The notes beneath the pieces were generated by a model. It made no database searches. It was not told where the DNA came from and worked only from the letters and a program-made list of their open reading frames with translations. DNA of 64,000 nucleotides, from positions 17,850 through 81,849 of the forward strand of contig JACDOI010000004.1 of NCBI GenBank assembly GCA_017656145.1, written 5' to 3'. Shown in pieces: positions 1 to 9,293 of the stretch (its first letter is position 1; each line of letters opens with the position of its first letter). The position numbers and the translations under genes are program-made. Source of the DNA: Bacillota bacterium (GTDB taxonomy: Bacteria > Bacillota > Limnochordia > Limnochordales > ZCTH02-B6).

Positions 1-629
1 TCAACCGGGTGGTTCGCTTCGGCCTCGTGATGACGCTGGTGTTGACGTTCGGGATCGATATGATCTTGCAAAACGGCGCCTTGCTTCTCTGGTCGGCGGA
101 CTACCGCTCCATCACGCCGGCGTACGCGGGCCAGGGACTTGCCGCGGGCGGGGTCATGATCCCGTATGTTCGGCTGGCGGTATTCGTTTTGGCGGTGCTG
201 TTCGTCGCCCTTTTTTCGCTGTTTTTGTCGAGAACCCGGATGGGGAACGCCATCAAGGCCACGGCCCTGAATCCGTTTGCCGCCGAGCTGAACGGCGTCC
301 GCATCCAGCGGGTCTACGCCCTGACGTACGCGATCGGGGCCGCCCTGGCCGCGGCCGCCGGCTCCATGGTGAGCGTCGTGTACACGATCCATCCGCAGGT
401 GGGCAACGTGTTTCTCACCCGGGCGTTCGTCATCACCGTCCTCGGGGGCCTGGGCAGCATCCCCGGGGCTCTGCTCGGCGGAGTCATTCTGGGGCTTGCC
501 GAGAGCTTGGCGACGGTCACGGTGGGCATCGGCTGGTCTGAAGCCATCTCTTTTACGCTTTTGGTCGCGATCTTGATCGTTAGGCCCCAGGGGCTGTTGG
601 GCAAGCGGTTCTTCGGCGGCGTCGGCTAA
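1..629 (+). CDS. livH: Branched-chain-amino-acid-type ABC transporter permease (LivH family), 5' end outside window
   Basis: The frame of ORF 9..629 stays open to base 1. The sequence is polytopic and Gly/Ala/Leu-rich (GGLGSIPGALLGGVILGLAESL). LivM/LivG/LivF-type genes follow. Confidence 0.8.
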   Translation, partial: NRVVRFGLVMTLVLTFGIDMILQNGALLLWSADYRSITPAYAGQGLAAGGVMIPYVRLAVFVLAVLFVALFSLFLSRTRMGNAIKATALNPFAAELNGVRIQRVYALTYAIGAALAAAAGSMVSVVYTIHPQVGNVFLTRAFVITVLGGLGSIPGALLGGVILGLAESLATVTVGIGWSEAISFTLLVAILIVRPQGLLGKRFFGGVG

Positions 630-655
630 AGCCGGGCCCGTCGCGGAGGTGATTA

Positions 656-1654
656 TTGGTGAACGGATCATCCATGGGACGCCGGGGCGCCGGCCTGATC
701 CTTGGGGCGGTGGTCCTAGCGGCCCTCGTCTTGCCACCGTTTTATCTTTCGGGATACTGGGTCCGGGTCATCACCGGTCTGTTGATGTACGGGGCGCTGG
801 CGTCGGCCATCAACATCATGGTGGGGCTCGCGGGCTACCCGGCCCTCGGCAACATCGTGTTTTTCGGCACCGGCGCGTACACCGTCGCGGTGCTGATGGT
901 CAAGGCGGACACTCCGTTCTTCTTGGCCTTGGCGGTGGCCGGGGTGGTGGCCGCGGTCTATGCGGCGCTGCTTGGCGCCGCGGTGTTGCGGCTGCGGGGG
1001 GCGTACTTTTCCATCGCCACCATCGGCATCAACCACGCGACCAGCGAGCTGGTGACGAACCTGGACGGCCTCACCGGCGGCGGGCGGGGGACCATCGTGC
1101 CGTTTTTCCCGGGCAGCATCGAGGCGGAGCGGATGTTCTTTTACTTTCTCATGTTGGCCTTGATGCTCTTGGCCACGGGCACCGTCTACCTCATTTCCCG
1201 TAACCGGCTCGGCTACGGCTTGCGGGCCATCAAAGCCGACGAGCAGGCGGCCAGCGTTATGGGCGTCAACACCACCCGGTACAAGGTTTTGGCCTGGACC
1301 ATTTCCGCGGGGCTGACGGGTCTTGTGGGCGGGGCGTATGCGTACTGGCTCGCCTTTTTGGAGCCGCCCTACGTCTTTGACATCGTCATGTCGGTGAAGG
1401 TGTACATCATGGCCATCCTGGGCGGCGCGGGCACCGTCATCGGACCGGTAGTGGGGGCGTTTTTCCTGGAACTTTTGTCTGAGCTCATCTGGGGGCGGTT
1501 CCTGGAAGCCCACATGCTCGTTTTGGGCATCGTCGTCGTCCTGGTGGTGCTGTTTGTGCCCCGGGGATTTGTGGACTTGGCCGGGCGGCTCGCGCGGGCG
1601 CTGGCCGGCGGTTCGGCAAGCCGCCGGGCGGAGGGGGTGCGGTCCGATGGGTGA
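656..1654 (+). CDS. livM: Branched-chain-amino-acid-type ABC transporter permease (LivM family)
   Basis: 332-aa polytopic ORF. GGAGGTG lies just upstream of TTG 656. The gene sits between LivH-like and LivG-like genes. Confidence 0.8.
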   Translation: MVNGSSMGRRGAGLILGAVVLAALVLPPFYLSGYWVRVITGLLMYGALASAINIMVGLAGYPALGNIVFFGTGAYTVAVLMVKADTPFFLALAVAGVVAAVYAALLGAAVLRLRGAYFSIATIGINHATSELVTNLDGLTGGGRGTIVPFFPGSIEAERMFFYFLMLALMLLATGTVYLISRNRLGYGLRAIKADEQAASVMGVNTTRYKVLAWTISAGLTGLVGGAYAYWLAFLEPPYVFDIVMSVKVYIMAILGGAGTVIGPVVGAFFLELLSELIWGRFLEAHMLVLGIVVVLVVLFVPRGFVDLAGRLARALAGGSASRRAEGVRSDG

Positions 1655-2402
1655 TCGGGCGCTTTTGGTCGGCCGGGGCGTCACCCGCTACTTCGGCGGC
1701 GTGGCCGCGGTGACCGATGTGGACTTTGAGGTGCGCGAGGGCGAGGTACTGGGCCTCATCGGTCCTAACGGCGCCGGCAAGACGACGCTGATGAACTTGA
1801 TCAGCGGCCTCATCCCCTTGAGCAAGGGCGAGATGGTGTTCGACGGGCGCCGGCTCAACGGCCTGGGCCCGTGGGACGTGGCCCGGCTCGGCATCGCCCG
1901 CACGTTCCAGATCGTAAAGCCCTTCGCCGGCATGACGCTGCGGGAAAACGTCGCCTTGGGGGCCATGTTCGCCCGCGAAGGCCGCGGCGTGCCGGCCCGC
2001 CAGGCGCTGGAAGTCGCCGCCGAAGTGCTCGAAACGGTGGGCTTGGGCGACCGGATGAATGCCCACGCGAATGAGCTGACCATCGCGCTGCGCAAGCGGC
2101 TCGAACTCGCCCGGGCCCTGGCGCTCAAGCCCCGGCTCTTGCTTTTGGACGAGGTGATGGCCGGACTCAACTTAAAGGAGATCGAGCGGCTGATCGAGCT
2201 CATCCGAACGATCAACGCGTCCGGCGTCACCATTGTCGTCATCGAGCACGTCATGAAAGCCATCATGGCCATTTCCCACCGGATCGTCGTGTTGCATTAC
2301 GGCCGCAAGATCGCTGAAGGCACCCCGGAGGAAGTGGCCCGGGACGAGCGGGTCATCACGGCCTACCTGGGACGGCGGTTCGGCCAGGGGAAGGGAGCGT
2401 GA
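1647..2402 (+). CDS. livG: ABC transporter ATP-binding protein (LivG family)
   Basis: ATG 1647 overlaps the livM stop. Walker A is GPNGAGKTT, Walker B is LLLLDEVMAGL, and the C-terminal ITAYLG tail is typical of LivG. The longer tracked ORF start at 1554 lies inside livM and was rejected. Confidence 0.85.
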   Translation: MGDRALLVGRGVTRYFGGVAAVTDVDFEVREGEVLGLIGPNGAGKTTLMNLISGLIPLSKGEMVFDGRRLNGLGPWDVARLGIARTFQIVKPFAGMTLRENVALGAMFAREGRGVPARQALEVAAEVLETVGLGDRMNAHANELTIALRKRLELARALALKPRLLLLDEVMAGLNLKEIERLIELIRTINASGVTIVVIEHVMKAIMAISHRIVVLHYGRKIAEGTPEEVARDERVITAYLGRRFGQGKGA

Positions 2403-3133
2403 GCCTTGTGGTGTCGGAGCCGCTTTTGCGGGTCGAGGGGCTGGAAGTAGCCTACGGCGAAGTGCAGGTGCTTTGGGGCCTCGATCTGGCGGTGGCCGAG
2501 CAGGAAGTGGTGGCCCTGGTGGGCTCCAACGGCGCCGGAAAAACGACGACGCTCAAGGCGCTGGCCGGCGCCTTGCGGCCCCGGGCCGGGCGCATCGTCT
2601 TTGAGGGGCGGGACATCACCGGCCGGCCGGCCGCGGACGCGGTGCGCACCGGCATCGTCCTCGTGCCCGAAGGACGGCAACTGTTTGCCGGCATGAGCGT
2701 CCACGAAAACCTGATGATGGGCGCCTACGCCCGCCAGGACGGGATGGGAGCCATCCGCCAAGACCTGGACTGGGTGTATGAGCTGTTCCGGGAACTGGCC
2801 AAAAAGCGGGGTCAGCTCGCGGGGACGTTGAGCGGCGGCGAACAGCAAATGTGCGCCATCGGCCGGGGTCTCATGGCCAAACCCCGCCTTTTGCTGCTCG
2901 ATGAGCTCTCGCTGGGGCTTGCACCGGTCATCGTCGACCGGCTGGTGGAGATCGTCACCCGCATTCACCGGGAGCGGGGACTCGCCATTCTCCTGGTGGA
3001 GCAGGACCTGAACGTCGCACTGGCCATGGCCGGCCGCGGATACGTCCTGGAAACCGGCCGGCTCGTCCGCTCCGGCGCCGCCGAAGAGCTTTTGGCCGAC
3101 GAAGCGGTGCGGGCCGCGTACTTGGGCATGTAG
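2399..3133 (+). CDS. livF: ABC transporter ATP-binding protein (LivF family)
   Basis: Walker A GSNGAGKTT, signature LSGGEQQM, Walker B LLLLDELSLGL. The start overlaps the livG stop. Confidence 0.85.
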   Translation: MSLVVSEPLLRVEGLEVAYGEVQVLWGLDLAVAEQEVVALVGSNGAGKTTTLKALAGALRPRAGRIVFEGRDITGRPAADAVRTGIVLVPEGRQLFAGMSVHENLMMGAYARQDGMGAIRQDLDWVYELFRELAKKRGQLAGTLSGGEQQMCAIGRGLMAKPRLLLLDELSLGLAPVIVDRLVEIVTRIHRERGLAILLVEQDLNVALAMAGRGYVLETGRLVRSGAAEELLADEAVRAAYLGM

Positions 3134-3158
3134 GATTCGGCACAAGGAGCTCGGCGGG

Positions 3159-4439
3159 ATGGGCGTCGTTGAGGATCGGCTTCTGGAGCAGCTTTTGCGG
3201 ATAAACAGCATTGGTGCGACGCTCGAGGGCGGCGTGACGCGCCTGGGCTATTCGGCCGAAGAGGAGGAAGCGGTGGCCCTCGTCGAGGGATGGATGCGGG
3301 AGCTGGGCCTCGATGTGCGCCGGGACGCGGCCGGCAACTTGTACGGGCGGCGGTCGGGGCGCGCGGACGGCCCGGCGGTGTTGACCGGCTCCCACCTTGA
3401 CTCGGTGCCCAACGGCGGCAAGTACGACGGCGCGGTAGGCGTGTTGTGCGCCCTGGAAACCGCTCGCCGGTTGGTCGAGGAAGACATCCTTACCGAGCAT
3501 CCTGTGGAAGTCGTCGTCTTCCGGTGCGAAGAGTCCAGCCGCTTCGGCGCCGCCACCTTGGGCAGCCGGGCGGTGGCCGGAACGTTGTCGGTCGAAGATT
3601 TGCACCGGCTGCGGGATGCGGCCGGCACCACCGTGGCTCAGGCCATGCAGGCCTTGGGGCTTGATCCCCGCCGGGTGAGCGAGGCCCGGAGGGACCCAAG
3701 CTCGATCCGGGCGTTCGTCGAAGTCCACGTCGAGCAGGGCACCGTGCTCGAAACCGAGGGTTGCCCCATCGGCGTCGTCACCCACATCGCCGCGCCCACC
3801 CGCTACCGGGTCCGGGTCAGCGGCGAGGCGGCCCATTCCGGCGCCACTCCCATGGACCGGCGCCGGGACGCGCTCGCGGCCGCGGCCGAAATCGTTCTCG
3901 CCGTCGAGCAGGCCGCCCGGGAGGAAAGCCCCAACGGCACCGTGGGCACCGTCGGCGTGTTGACCGTTCGCCCGGGGGCCATGAACGTCGTCCCGGGCGA
4001 TGCGGAGATGGGCATCGACATCCGCAGCATCGACGGCGCCAGCAAGGCCAGGGCCGTCGCCCGGGTGCTGGCCGCGATGGATGACGTCGCCCGCCGGCGG
4101 GGGGTAAAAATCACCCGGGAGCTGTTGGTGGAGGAGGAGCCCGCGGCTATGCATCCCCTGGTCCTGGAGGGCATTGAGAGGGCGGCCCGGGATGCGGGCT
4201 TGAACGCTCGCCCCATGGCTAGCCCCGCCGGCCACGACGCGATGCATATGGCTCGCATCGCGCCGGCGGGCATGGTGTTTCTCCCAAGCCGCGACGGCGC
4301 GAGCCACAACCCGCTGGAGTACACCGACATCGAAGATGTGGCGGCGGGGGCCGAGGTGCTGTTTCGGACCGTTTGCCGCCTGGCAAAAGCCGAGGAAACC
4401 GGCTTCGAGACTGCCGAATCGAGGAGGAAGGGCGCATGA
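3159..4439 (+). CDS. M20-family Zn amidase of the hydantoinase/carbamoylase group (allantoate amidohydrolase / N-carbamoyl-amino-acid hydrolase / beta-ureidopropionase type)
   Basis: The motifs GSHLDSVPNGGKYDGAVGV and CEESSRFG, and the 426-aa length, match this amidase family. Confidence 0.8.
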   Translation: MGVVEDRLLEQLLRINSIGATLEGGVTRLGYSAEEEEAVALVEGWMRELGLDVRRDAAGNLYGRRSGRADGPAVLTGSHLDSVPNGGKYDGAVGVLCALETARRLVEEDILTEHPVEVVVFRCEESSRFGAATLGSRAVAGTLSVEDLHRLRDAAGTTVAQAMQALGLDPRRVSEARRDPSSIRAFVEVHVEQGTVLETEGCPIGVVTHIAAPTRYRVRVSGEAAHSGATPMDRRRDALAAAAEIVLAVEQAAREESPNGTVGTVGVLTVRPGAMNVVPGDAEMGIDIRSIDGASKARAVARVLAAMDDVARRRGVKITRELLVEEEPAAMHPLVLEGIERAARDAGLNARPMASPAGHDAMHMARIAPAGMVFLPSRDGASHNPLEYTDIEDVAAGAEVLFRTVCRLAKAEETGFETAESRRKGA

Positions 4440-5878
4440 CGGATCTTTGGGTGAGGGGAGGCACGGTGGTCACCGCCCGGCGCACCTTTCCTGGCGACGT
4501 GCTGGTGCGGGACGGGCGCATCGCGGCCGTCGTCGAGCGGACATCGGGCGGGGCCCCGTTTTCGCCCTCGGGAGACGTGCGGGTGCTGGACGCATCGGGG
4601 CTTTACGTCTTGCCGGGGCTTGTCGATGTGCACGTGCACTTCCGCGAGCCGGGCTTGACGCACAAGGAAGACTTTTCGACCGGAACCGCCGCGGCCGCGT
4701 GCGGCGGCGTCACCACGGTGCTCGAGATGCCCAACACCGATCCGCCCGTCAGCCGGCCGGCGATTCTCGACGCCAAGGCGGCCCGGCTGGCCGGCCGGGC
4801 GTACGTGGACTACGGGCTGTACGCGGTGATTGACGAGAGCAACTACGCGGAGCTGCCGGGGCTGGCGGCCGCCGGAGCCATTGCGTTTAAGCTGTTTCTT
4901 GGGCCCACCACCGGCGATATCCGCGCTCCGGGCTGGGGCCGGCTCATGGAGGTGTTTGAGACGGTGGCCCGCCTGGGGCTTCCCCTGGTCGTCCACGCGG
5001 AAGACCGGGACGTCATCGAGTATTGGCAAGCCCGCGTCGCACAGGAGGCCGCCGGCGGTGACGCCCAGGACGTTCCCGGCCAGGCAAGCGCCGGCCCGGC
5101 GGGCGCCGCAGGCGTTGACTACCGGCGGTTTCTCGCCACTCGCCCTCGCTTCGGCGAGGTCGCGGCCACCCAGACCGTGTGCCTTTTGGCCGGTTTTTCC
5201 GGCGCCCGGGTTCACATCGCCCACGTGAGCATCGCACAGAGCGTGGACATCATCCGGGAGGCCAAAGACCGGGGCGCGCCCGTGACGGCCGAGACGTGCC
5301 CGCCGTATCTTCTCATGACGGCCGAAGACTGCGAGCGCTTGGGACCCGTGGCCAAGATCTTGCCGCCCATCCGGGATGCGGCCGACCGGGACCGGCTTTG
5401 GCAGGGGCTGGCCGAGAACACCCTCGACATCATCGCGACCGACCACGCGCCGCACCTTTCCGAAGAAAAGGAAGGCAAACCGTGGCTCACCGCCCCGGGG
5501 GGCATGATCGGCGTCGAGACGCTTCTTCCGGCGCTGCTCACCGAGGCGAGCCGGGGCCGGCTGTCCCTCAACCAGCTGGTTCGCTGGACCAGCACCCGGC
5601 CGGCGGAGATCTTCGGCCTGGCCCCTCGCAAGGGCGACATCCGGCCCGGCGCCGATGGCGATCTGGTGCTGGTCGATCCCGGTGCCCGCTGGACTGTGCG
5701 GGCGGAAGACTTGCACAGCAAAAGCAAAGCGAGCCCCCTTCTCGGAACGGAACTTGTGGGGCGGGTCGTCCACACTGTCCTGAGGGGACAAGTCGTCGTG
5801 GAGGACGGCCGGCTCGTTTCCGGGCCGCTGGGCGAGCGGCTTCTGCCGTCCGATCCCGGCGGACAAGGCAAGGAGTGA
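4436..5878 (+). CDS. Cyclic amidohydrolase, dihydroorotase/dihydropyrimidinase-like
   Basis: ATG 4436 overlaps the upstream stop (ATGA). It carries the metal-site signature DVHVHFREPG..KED..TGTAAAACGGVTTVLEMPNT. The tracked start at 4373 lies inside the upstream gene. Confidence 0.8.
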   Translation: MTDLWVRGGTVVTARRTFPGDVLVRDGRIAAVVERTSGGAPFSPSGDVRVLDASGLYVLPGLVDVHVHFREPGLTHKEDFSTGTAAAACGGVTTVLEMPNTDPPVSRPAILDAKAARLAGRAYVDYGLYAVIDESNYAELPGLAAAGAIAFKLFLGPTTGDIRAPGWGRLMEVFETVARLGLPLVVHAEDRDVIEYWQARVAQEAAGGDAQDVPGQASAGPAGAAGVDYRRFLATRPRFGEVAATQTVCLLAGFSGARVHIAHVSIAQSVDIIREAKDRGAPVTAETCPPYLLMTAEDCERLGPVAKILPPIRDAADRDRLWQGLAENTLDIIATDHAPHLSEEKEGKPWLTAPGGMIGVETLLPALLTEASRGRLSLNQLVRWTSTRPAEIFGLAPRKGDIRPGADGDLVLVDPGARWTVRAEDLHSKSKASPLLGTELVGRVVHTVLRGQVVVEDGRLVSGPLGERLLPSDPGGQGKE

Positions 5879-5883
5879 CGGCG

Positions 5884-6765
5884 ATGGCACTGGCCGGCCA
5901 ATCCGCACAAACCCGTCAGCCCGGAAAGCCCGCTCAGCCGGGGGAAGCCCGTCAGGCCGAGGAAGCCCGGAAGCCCGCCCCCTGGCACATGGTGACGGGC
6001 ACCGTGCGGTCCAACCGCCCCGCGGGAAGCGGCTATTACCGGCTCATTGTCCACGCCAAGCCTGTGGCCGCGGCCTGCCGTCCCGGGCAGTTCGTCATGT
6101 TGCGGGCGCCCGAGTGGGGGGCGCTGGTGTTCTCCCGGCCGTTCGACGTCTACCGTTCGGATCCGGAGTCCGGCACGGTGGAGATCCTGTTCAAGCTCAA
6201 AGGCGAGGGCACCCGGCGCCTCGCGGCCCTGGTCGAGGGCGAACAAGTGCGCGTCCTGGGACCCCTCGGGCGGCCGGTGCCGCTGCCTGACGACGGCCGG
6301 GGCGTCATCCTGGTGGCCCGGGGCGCGGGCGTCTCGCCCATGGTGCGCATCGCTCAAGAATGCGCGGCCCGGGGCGTGGCCGCCCGGGCGCTCGTCTCGG
6401 CCGCCCGGCCCGATCGGCTGATGGGAGTCGACGATTTGCGGGCGCTCGGCGTCGATGTCCACGTGACGACCGACGACGATGGGGCCGCGCCGGCTCCCGC
6501 CGCGGTCCTTGGCCGGTGGGCCAAAGAAGGCCGCTGGCACGGGATGTTCGTGTGCGGCTCCCGCCGCCTGGCCCGGGCTGCCCGCTGGGCCTGCCGGGAG
6601 TACGGCCTTTCGGGCTACGTCTTTGTTGAGGCTACCATGGCGTGCGGGTTCGGCATCTGTCACGGATGCGCCGTCCCCATCAACGACGGCGGCGGGAGCC
6701 GGCCGTACGCGCTGGCGTGCGTGGACGGCCCCGCGTTGCCCATTGAAACCGCCACCATCGAATGA
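5884..6765 (+). CDS. PyrK-like FAD/2Fe-2S electron-transfer subunit
   Basis: AAGGAG sits 10 nt before ATG 5884. The body is ferredoxin-reductase-like (QFVMLRAP..FSRPF), and the C-terminal Cys cluster CGFGICHGCAV...C matches PyrK. The tracked 528-aa ORF from 5179 overlaps the upstream gene and was trimmed. Confidence 0.75.
   Translation: MALAGQSAQTRQPGKPAQPGEARQAEEARKPAPWHMVTGTVRSNRPAGSGYYRLIVHAKPVAAACRPGQFVMLRAPEWGALVFSRPFDVYRSDPESGTVEILFKLKGEGTRRLAALVEGEQVRVLGPLGRPVPLPDDGRGVILVARGAGVSPMVRIAQECAARGVAARALVSAARPDRLMGVDDLRALGVDVHVTTDDDGAAPAPAAVLGRWAKEGRWHGMFVCGSRRLARAARWACREYGLSGYVFVEATMACGFGICHGCAVPINDGGGSRPYALACVDGPALPIETATIE
5917..5970 (+). repeat. Three imperfect tandem 18-bp units inside the 5' end of the PyrK-like gene
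   Basis: The units are cagcccggaaagcccgct / cagccgggggaagcccgt / caggccgaggaagcccgg, read directly. They encode QPGKPA-QPGEAR-QAEEAR. Confidence 0.8.
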
Positions 6766-7760
6766 GAGGAAGTGCCAGTATGGAAGGCGGATTTCAACCC
6801 GATCTGTCCGTGCGGATCGGCCCGCTGGAATTGAAGGCGCCGGTCATGCCGGCTTCCGGCTGCTTCAACGCCGGCCGGGAGGTGGCCCACGCGTTCGATC
6901 TCGGACAGATGGGTGCGATCATCAACAAGACCGTCATGCCCGGATACCGGCCCGGCAACCCGCCCCAGCGGATCCTGGAGCGGGCGTCAGCCATGATCAA
7001 CTCCGTCGGCCTTCCGGGCAAAGGGCCGGAGGATTTTCTCAACAACCAGCTGCCGTTCATGCGCTCTGTGGGCACCCGGGTCATCGTCAGCATCGGGGGC
7101 TTGAGCGAAGCCGATTTCGCCCAGCTCGCGGCGCTCATGGATGAGCAGCCCGGCATCGACGGGCTGGAGCTCGACCTATCGCGCCCCAATCACGTGGAGC
7201 GGGAGCCGTTTGCCCTGAGCGCCAAGCTCACCGCGGGCGTCGTGCGGGCGGTGCGGCGGGCCACCCGGCTGCCGGTCATCGCGAAGCTGGCTCCCAACGT
7301 CAGCGACATCGTGAGCATCGCGGCCGCCGCCATGGAGGCCGGGGCCGACGCCTTGTGCGTAGCCAATACGTATCCGGCGATGGGGATCGACATCGAAGCG
7401 CGCCGGCCCATCCTGGGCATGGCCACCGGCGGGTTGTCGGGGCCGGCCGTCAAACCGATGACCCTGCGGCTCGTCTGGCAGATCGCCGGCGCCCTGGATG
7501 CCCCGGTCATCGCCTGCGGCGGCGTGTCGACGGCCGAGGATGCGCTGGAGTACTTGCTTGCGGGGGCCAAGGCGGTCCAGGTGGGAACCGCGAACTTTTC
7601 GAATCCCTGGACCATCCCGCAGGTCATCGACGGCATCCGCGAGTACCTCCGGCGGCACGACATTGCCCGGGTCGAATCCATCATTGGCGCTGCGCAACCT
7701 TTCCGGACGGACGGCTCCGGCGCGCCGGCGCAAGCGGGGGGTACCGCTTGGCGCGCTTGA
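6762..7760 (+). CDS. Class-1B dihydroorotate dehydrogenase-like / dihydropyrimidine dehydrogenase-like catalytic subunit
   Basis: TIM-barrel flavoenzyme motifs are present: LELKAPVMPASGCF, NSVGLPG, VIVSIGG, IAKLAPN, GGLSGPAVKP, ACGGVSTAEDALEYLLAGA. An alternative start is ATG 6780. Confidence 0.8.
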   Translation: MRGSASMEGGFQPDLSVRIGPLELKAPVMPASGCFNAGREVAHAFDLGQMGAIINKTVMPGYRPGNPPQRILERASAMINSVGLPGKGPEDFLNNQLPFMRSVGTRVIVSIGGLSEADFAQLAALMDEQPGIDGLELDLSRPNHVEREPFALSAKLTAGVVRAVRRATRLPVIAKLAPNVSDIVSIAAAAMEAGADALCVANTYPAMGIDIEARRPILGMATGGLSGPAVKPMTLRLVWQIAGALDAPVIACGGVSTAEDALEYLLAGAKAVQVGTANFSNPWTIPQVIDGIREYLRRHDIARVESIIGAAQPFRTDGSGAPAQAGGTAWRA

Positions 7761-8968
7761 CCGTGGCCAAAGCGTTGACGCTGCCCGCCCTGCGGGGCAC
7801 CCGGGTCTTGGCCGGGCACGACGCCCTGGACCGGATCATCGATTGCGCCACCGTCATGGAAGTACCCAATGTGGCTCAGTGGCTCCGGGGCCACGAACTG
7901 CTCCTCACCAGCCTCTACGCGCTGCGCCACGACCCAGACCGGCAAGTGAAGCTCGTCGCGGACCTCGCGCGGGTGGGCGTGTCCGCGCTCCTGATCAAGC
8001 CGAAAGTGTTTGTGGAGCGCTTGCCCGAGAAGATGCTGGCCGAGGCCGACGGGCAAAGCTTGCCGGTGCTCGAGCTGCCGGTGGAAACGCCTTACATCGA
8101 CGTGCTGAACGCGGTCATGGCGGAGATTTTCCGGCGCAACAGCGTCCGGCGGTACGAGGCGGACCTGGTCGACGACCTGCTGGCCGGCGCCATCACCTCC
8201 CCCGAGGAGCTCCGGACCCGGGCGGCGGAGGTGGGCTGGGATCCGTCCGGCGCCGCGGTCGCGGCGGTGCTGCAAGTCGAGCCGCCTGAAAGCGATCCCG
8301 GCTGTGAAACCGTCCAGCAGCTATGCGATACGGTTGTGGACGCCGTGCGGGCCATCGCCCGGCTTCGCAACGGGATCGTAGCAGGTAGCGGATCCTGGGT
8401 GCGGGTCGTTTTCGCCTCCGGCCGCCTTTCGGTCGAAAGCCTTGCCGCCGCGGCGCGCGGGGTCGTCCTCGGGGCGCGGAACTCGCTCGCGGCGCGGCGG
8501 GCCGGCCCGGCGGTGTCGGGCGCCATCGGCGATCCGGTTCCCAGCGTCTGGCAGCTGCCTGAAAGCTACCAAGCGGCTTGCCGGCACCTGGCCGTCGCCC
8601 GCCGGGTGCGGAACTCCGGCGTCGTGGCGGACCGGCGGGATCTGGGCGTCTACGCCCTGCTGGCGCCGGCCCGCGAGCGGCCCTTAAACCCGGGCCTCGT
8701 CCGGCTCCTCGAGTACGACGCGAAGGGACACGGTCAACTGGTCAAAACGCTTCGCTGCTACCTCGACGAGCGGGGCAATGCCCGGCGGGCCGCAGCCCGG
8801 CTGTTCGTTCACTTCAAAACGGTCCAGTACCGCATGCGGCGCATCCGCGAGATCACCGGCTGGGATCTGAGTTGCCCCGAACTGCGGCTTGAGATCGAAG
8901 TCCAGCTCCGCTGGCTGGAGATGGCCGGATTCGGCCGGAAAGGCGCGACCGGGCCGGGTGCGGGCTGA
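7748..8968 (+). CDS. PucR-family transcriptional regulator
   Basis: It has a C-terminal PucR-type HTH (LVKTLRCYLDERGNARRAAARLFVHFKTVQYRMRRIREITG) and an N-terminal purine-catabolism-regulator-like domain (ALTLPALRGTRVLAGHDALDRII). The start is ambiguous (TTG 7748 / TTG 7757 / GTG 7763). The tracked start at 7355 lies inside the upstream gene. Confidence 0.75.
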   Translation: MARLTVAKALTLPALRGTRVLAGHDALDRIIDCATVMEVPNVAQWLRGHELLLTSLYALRHDPDRQVKLVADLARVGVSALLIKPKVFVERLPEKMLAEADGQSLPVLELPVETPYIDVLNAVMAEIFRRNSVRRYEADLVDDLLAGAITSPEELRTRAAEVGWDPSGAAVAAVLQVEPPESDPGCETVQQLCDTVVDAVRAIARLRNGIVAGSGSWVRVVFASGRLSVESLAAAARGVVLGARNSLAARRAGPAVSGAIGDPVPSVWQLPESYQAACRHLAVARRVRNSGVVADRRDLGVYALLAPARERPLNPGLVRLLEYDAKGHGQLVKTLRCYLDERGNARRAAARLFVHFKTVQYRMRRIREITGWDLSCPELRLEIEVQLRWLEMAGFGRKGATGPGAG

Positions 8969-9050
8969 ACCCGGAACGGGCAGCGGTATGAATCAGTCCC
9001 GGGAGAGGTAAGCTTACATCGGCGCCGCCGTCGATTGGAGGTGAGATCCC

Positions 9051-9257
9051 GTGGCTGAGATCACCCAACCGGAACTACAGCACTTGCACGAGCTCATCTG
9101 GATGGAAGCGGCCATGTACGAGAAGTTCCGCTATTACGCGGAAACATCGCCGGAATCCCACGTGCGCAAGCTGTGCGACCAGCTGGCCGACCGCAGCCGC
9201 CAGCACCTGACCGCCTTGGACGCCTTGCTGGGCGGCGGGACCGGCCGCGCGCACTGA
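9051..9257 (+). CDS. Small helical protein, possibly CotF-related
   Basis: GGAGGTGAG precedes the GTG at 9051. It is a 68-aa helical ORF adjacent to a Coat-F-like gene. No firm family assignment is possible. Confidence 0.35.
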   Translation: MAEITQPELQHLHELIWMEAAMYEKFRYYAETSPESHVRKLCDQLADRSRQHLTALDALLGGGTGRAH

Positions 9258-9293
9258 CCGCGCCTATTCAATGGGGAGAAGGGGGAACCGGTC

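Noticed and set aside
2955-4307. 450-aa minus-strand ORF
   Set aside because: It lies antisense to livF and the M20 amidase, with a spurious high-GC composition.
3803-5908. 701-aa minus-strand ORF
   Set aside because: It lies antisense to the M20 amidase and dihydroorotase-like genes. It has no recognisable motifs and is a high-GC artefact.
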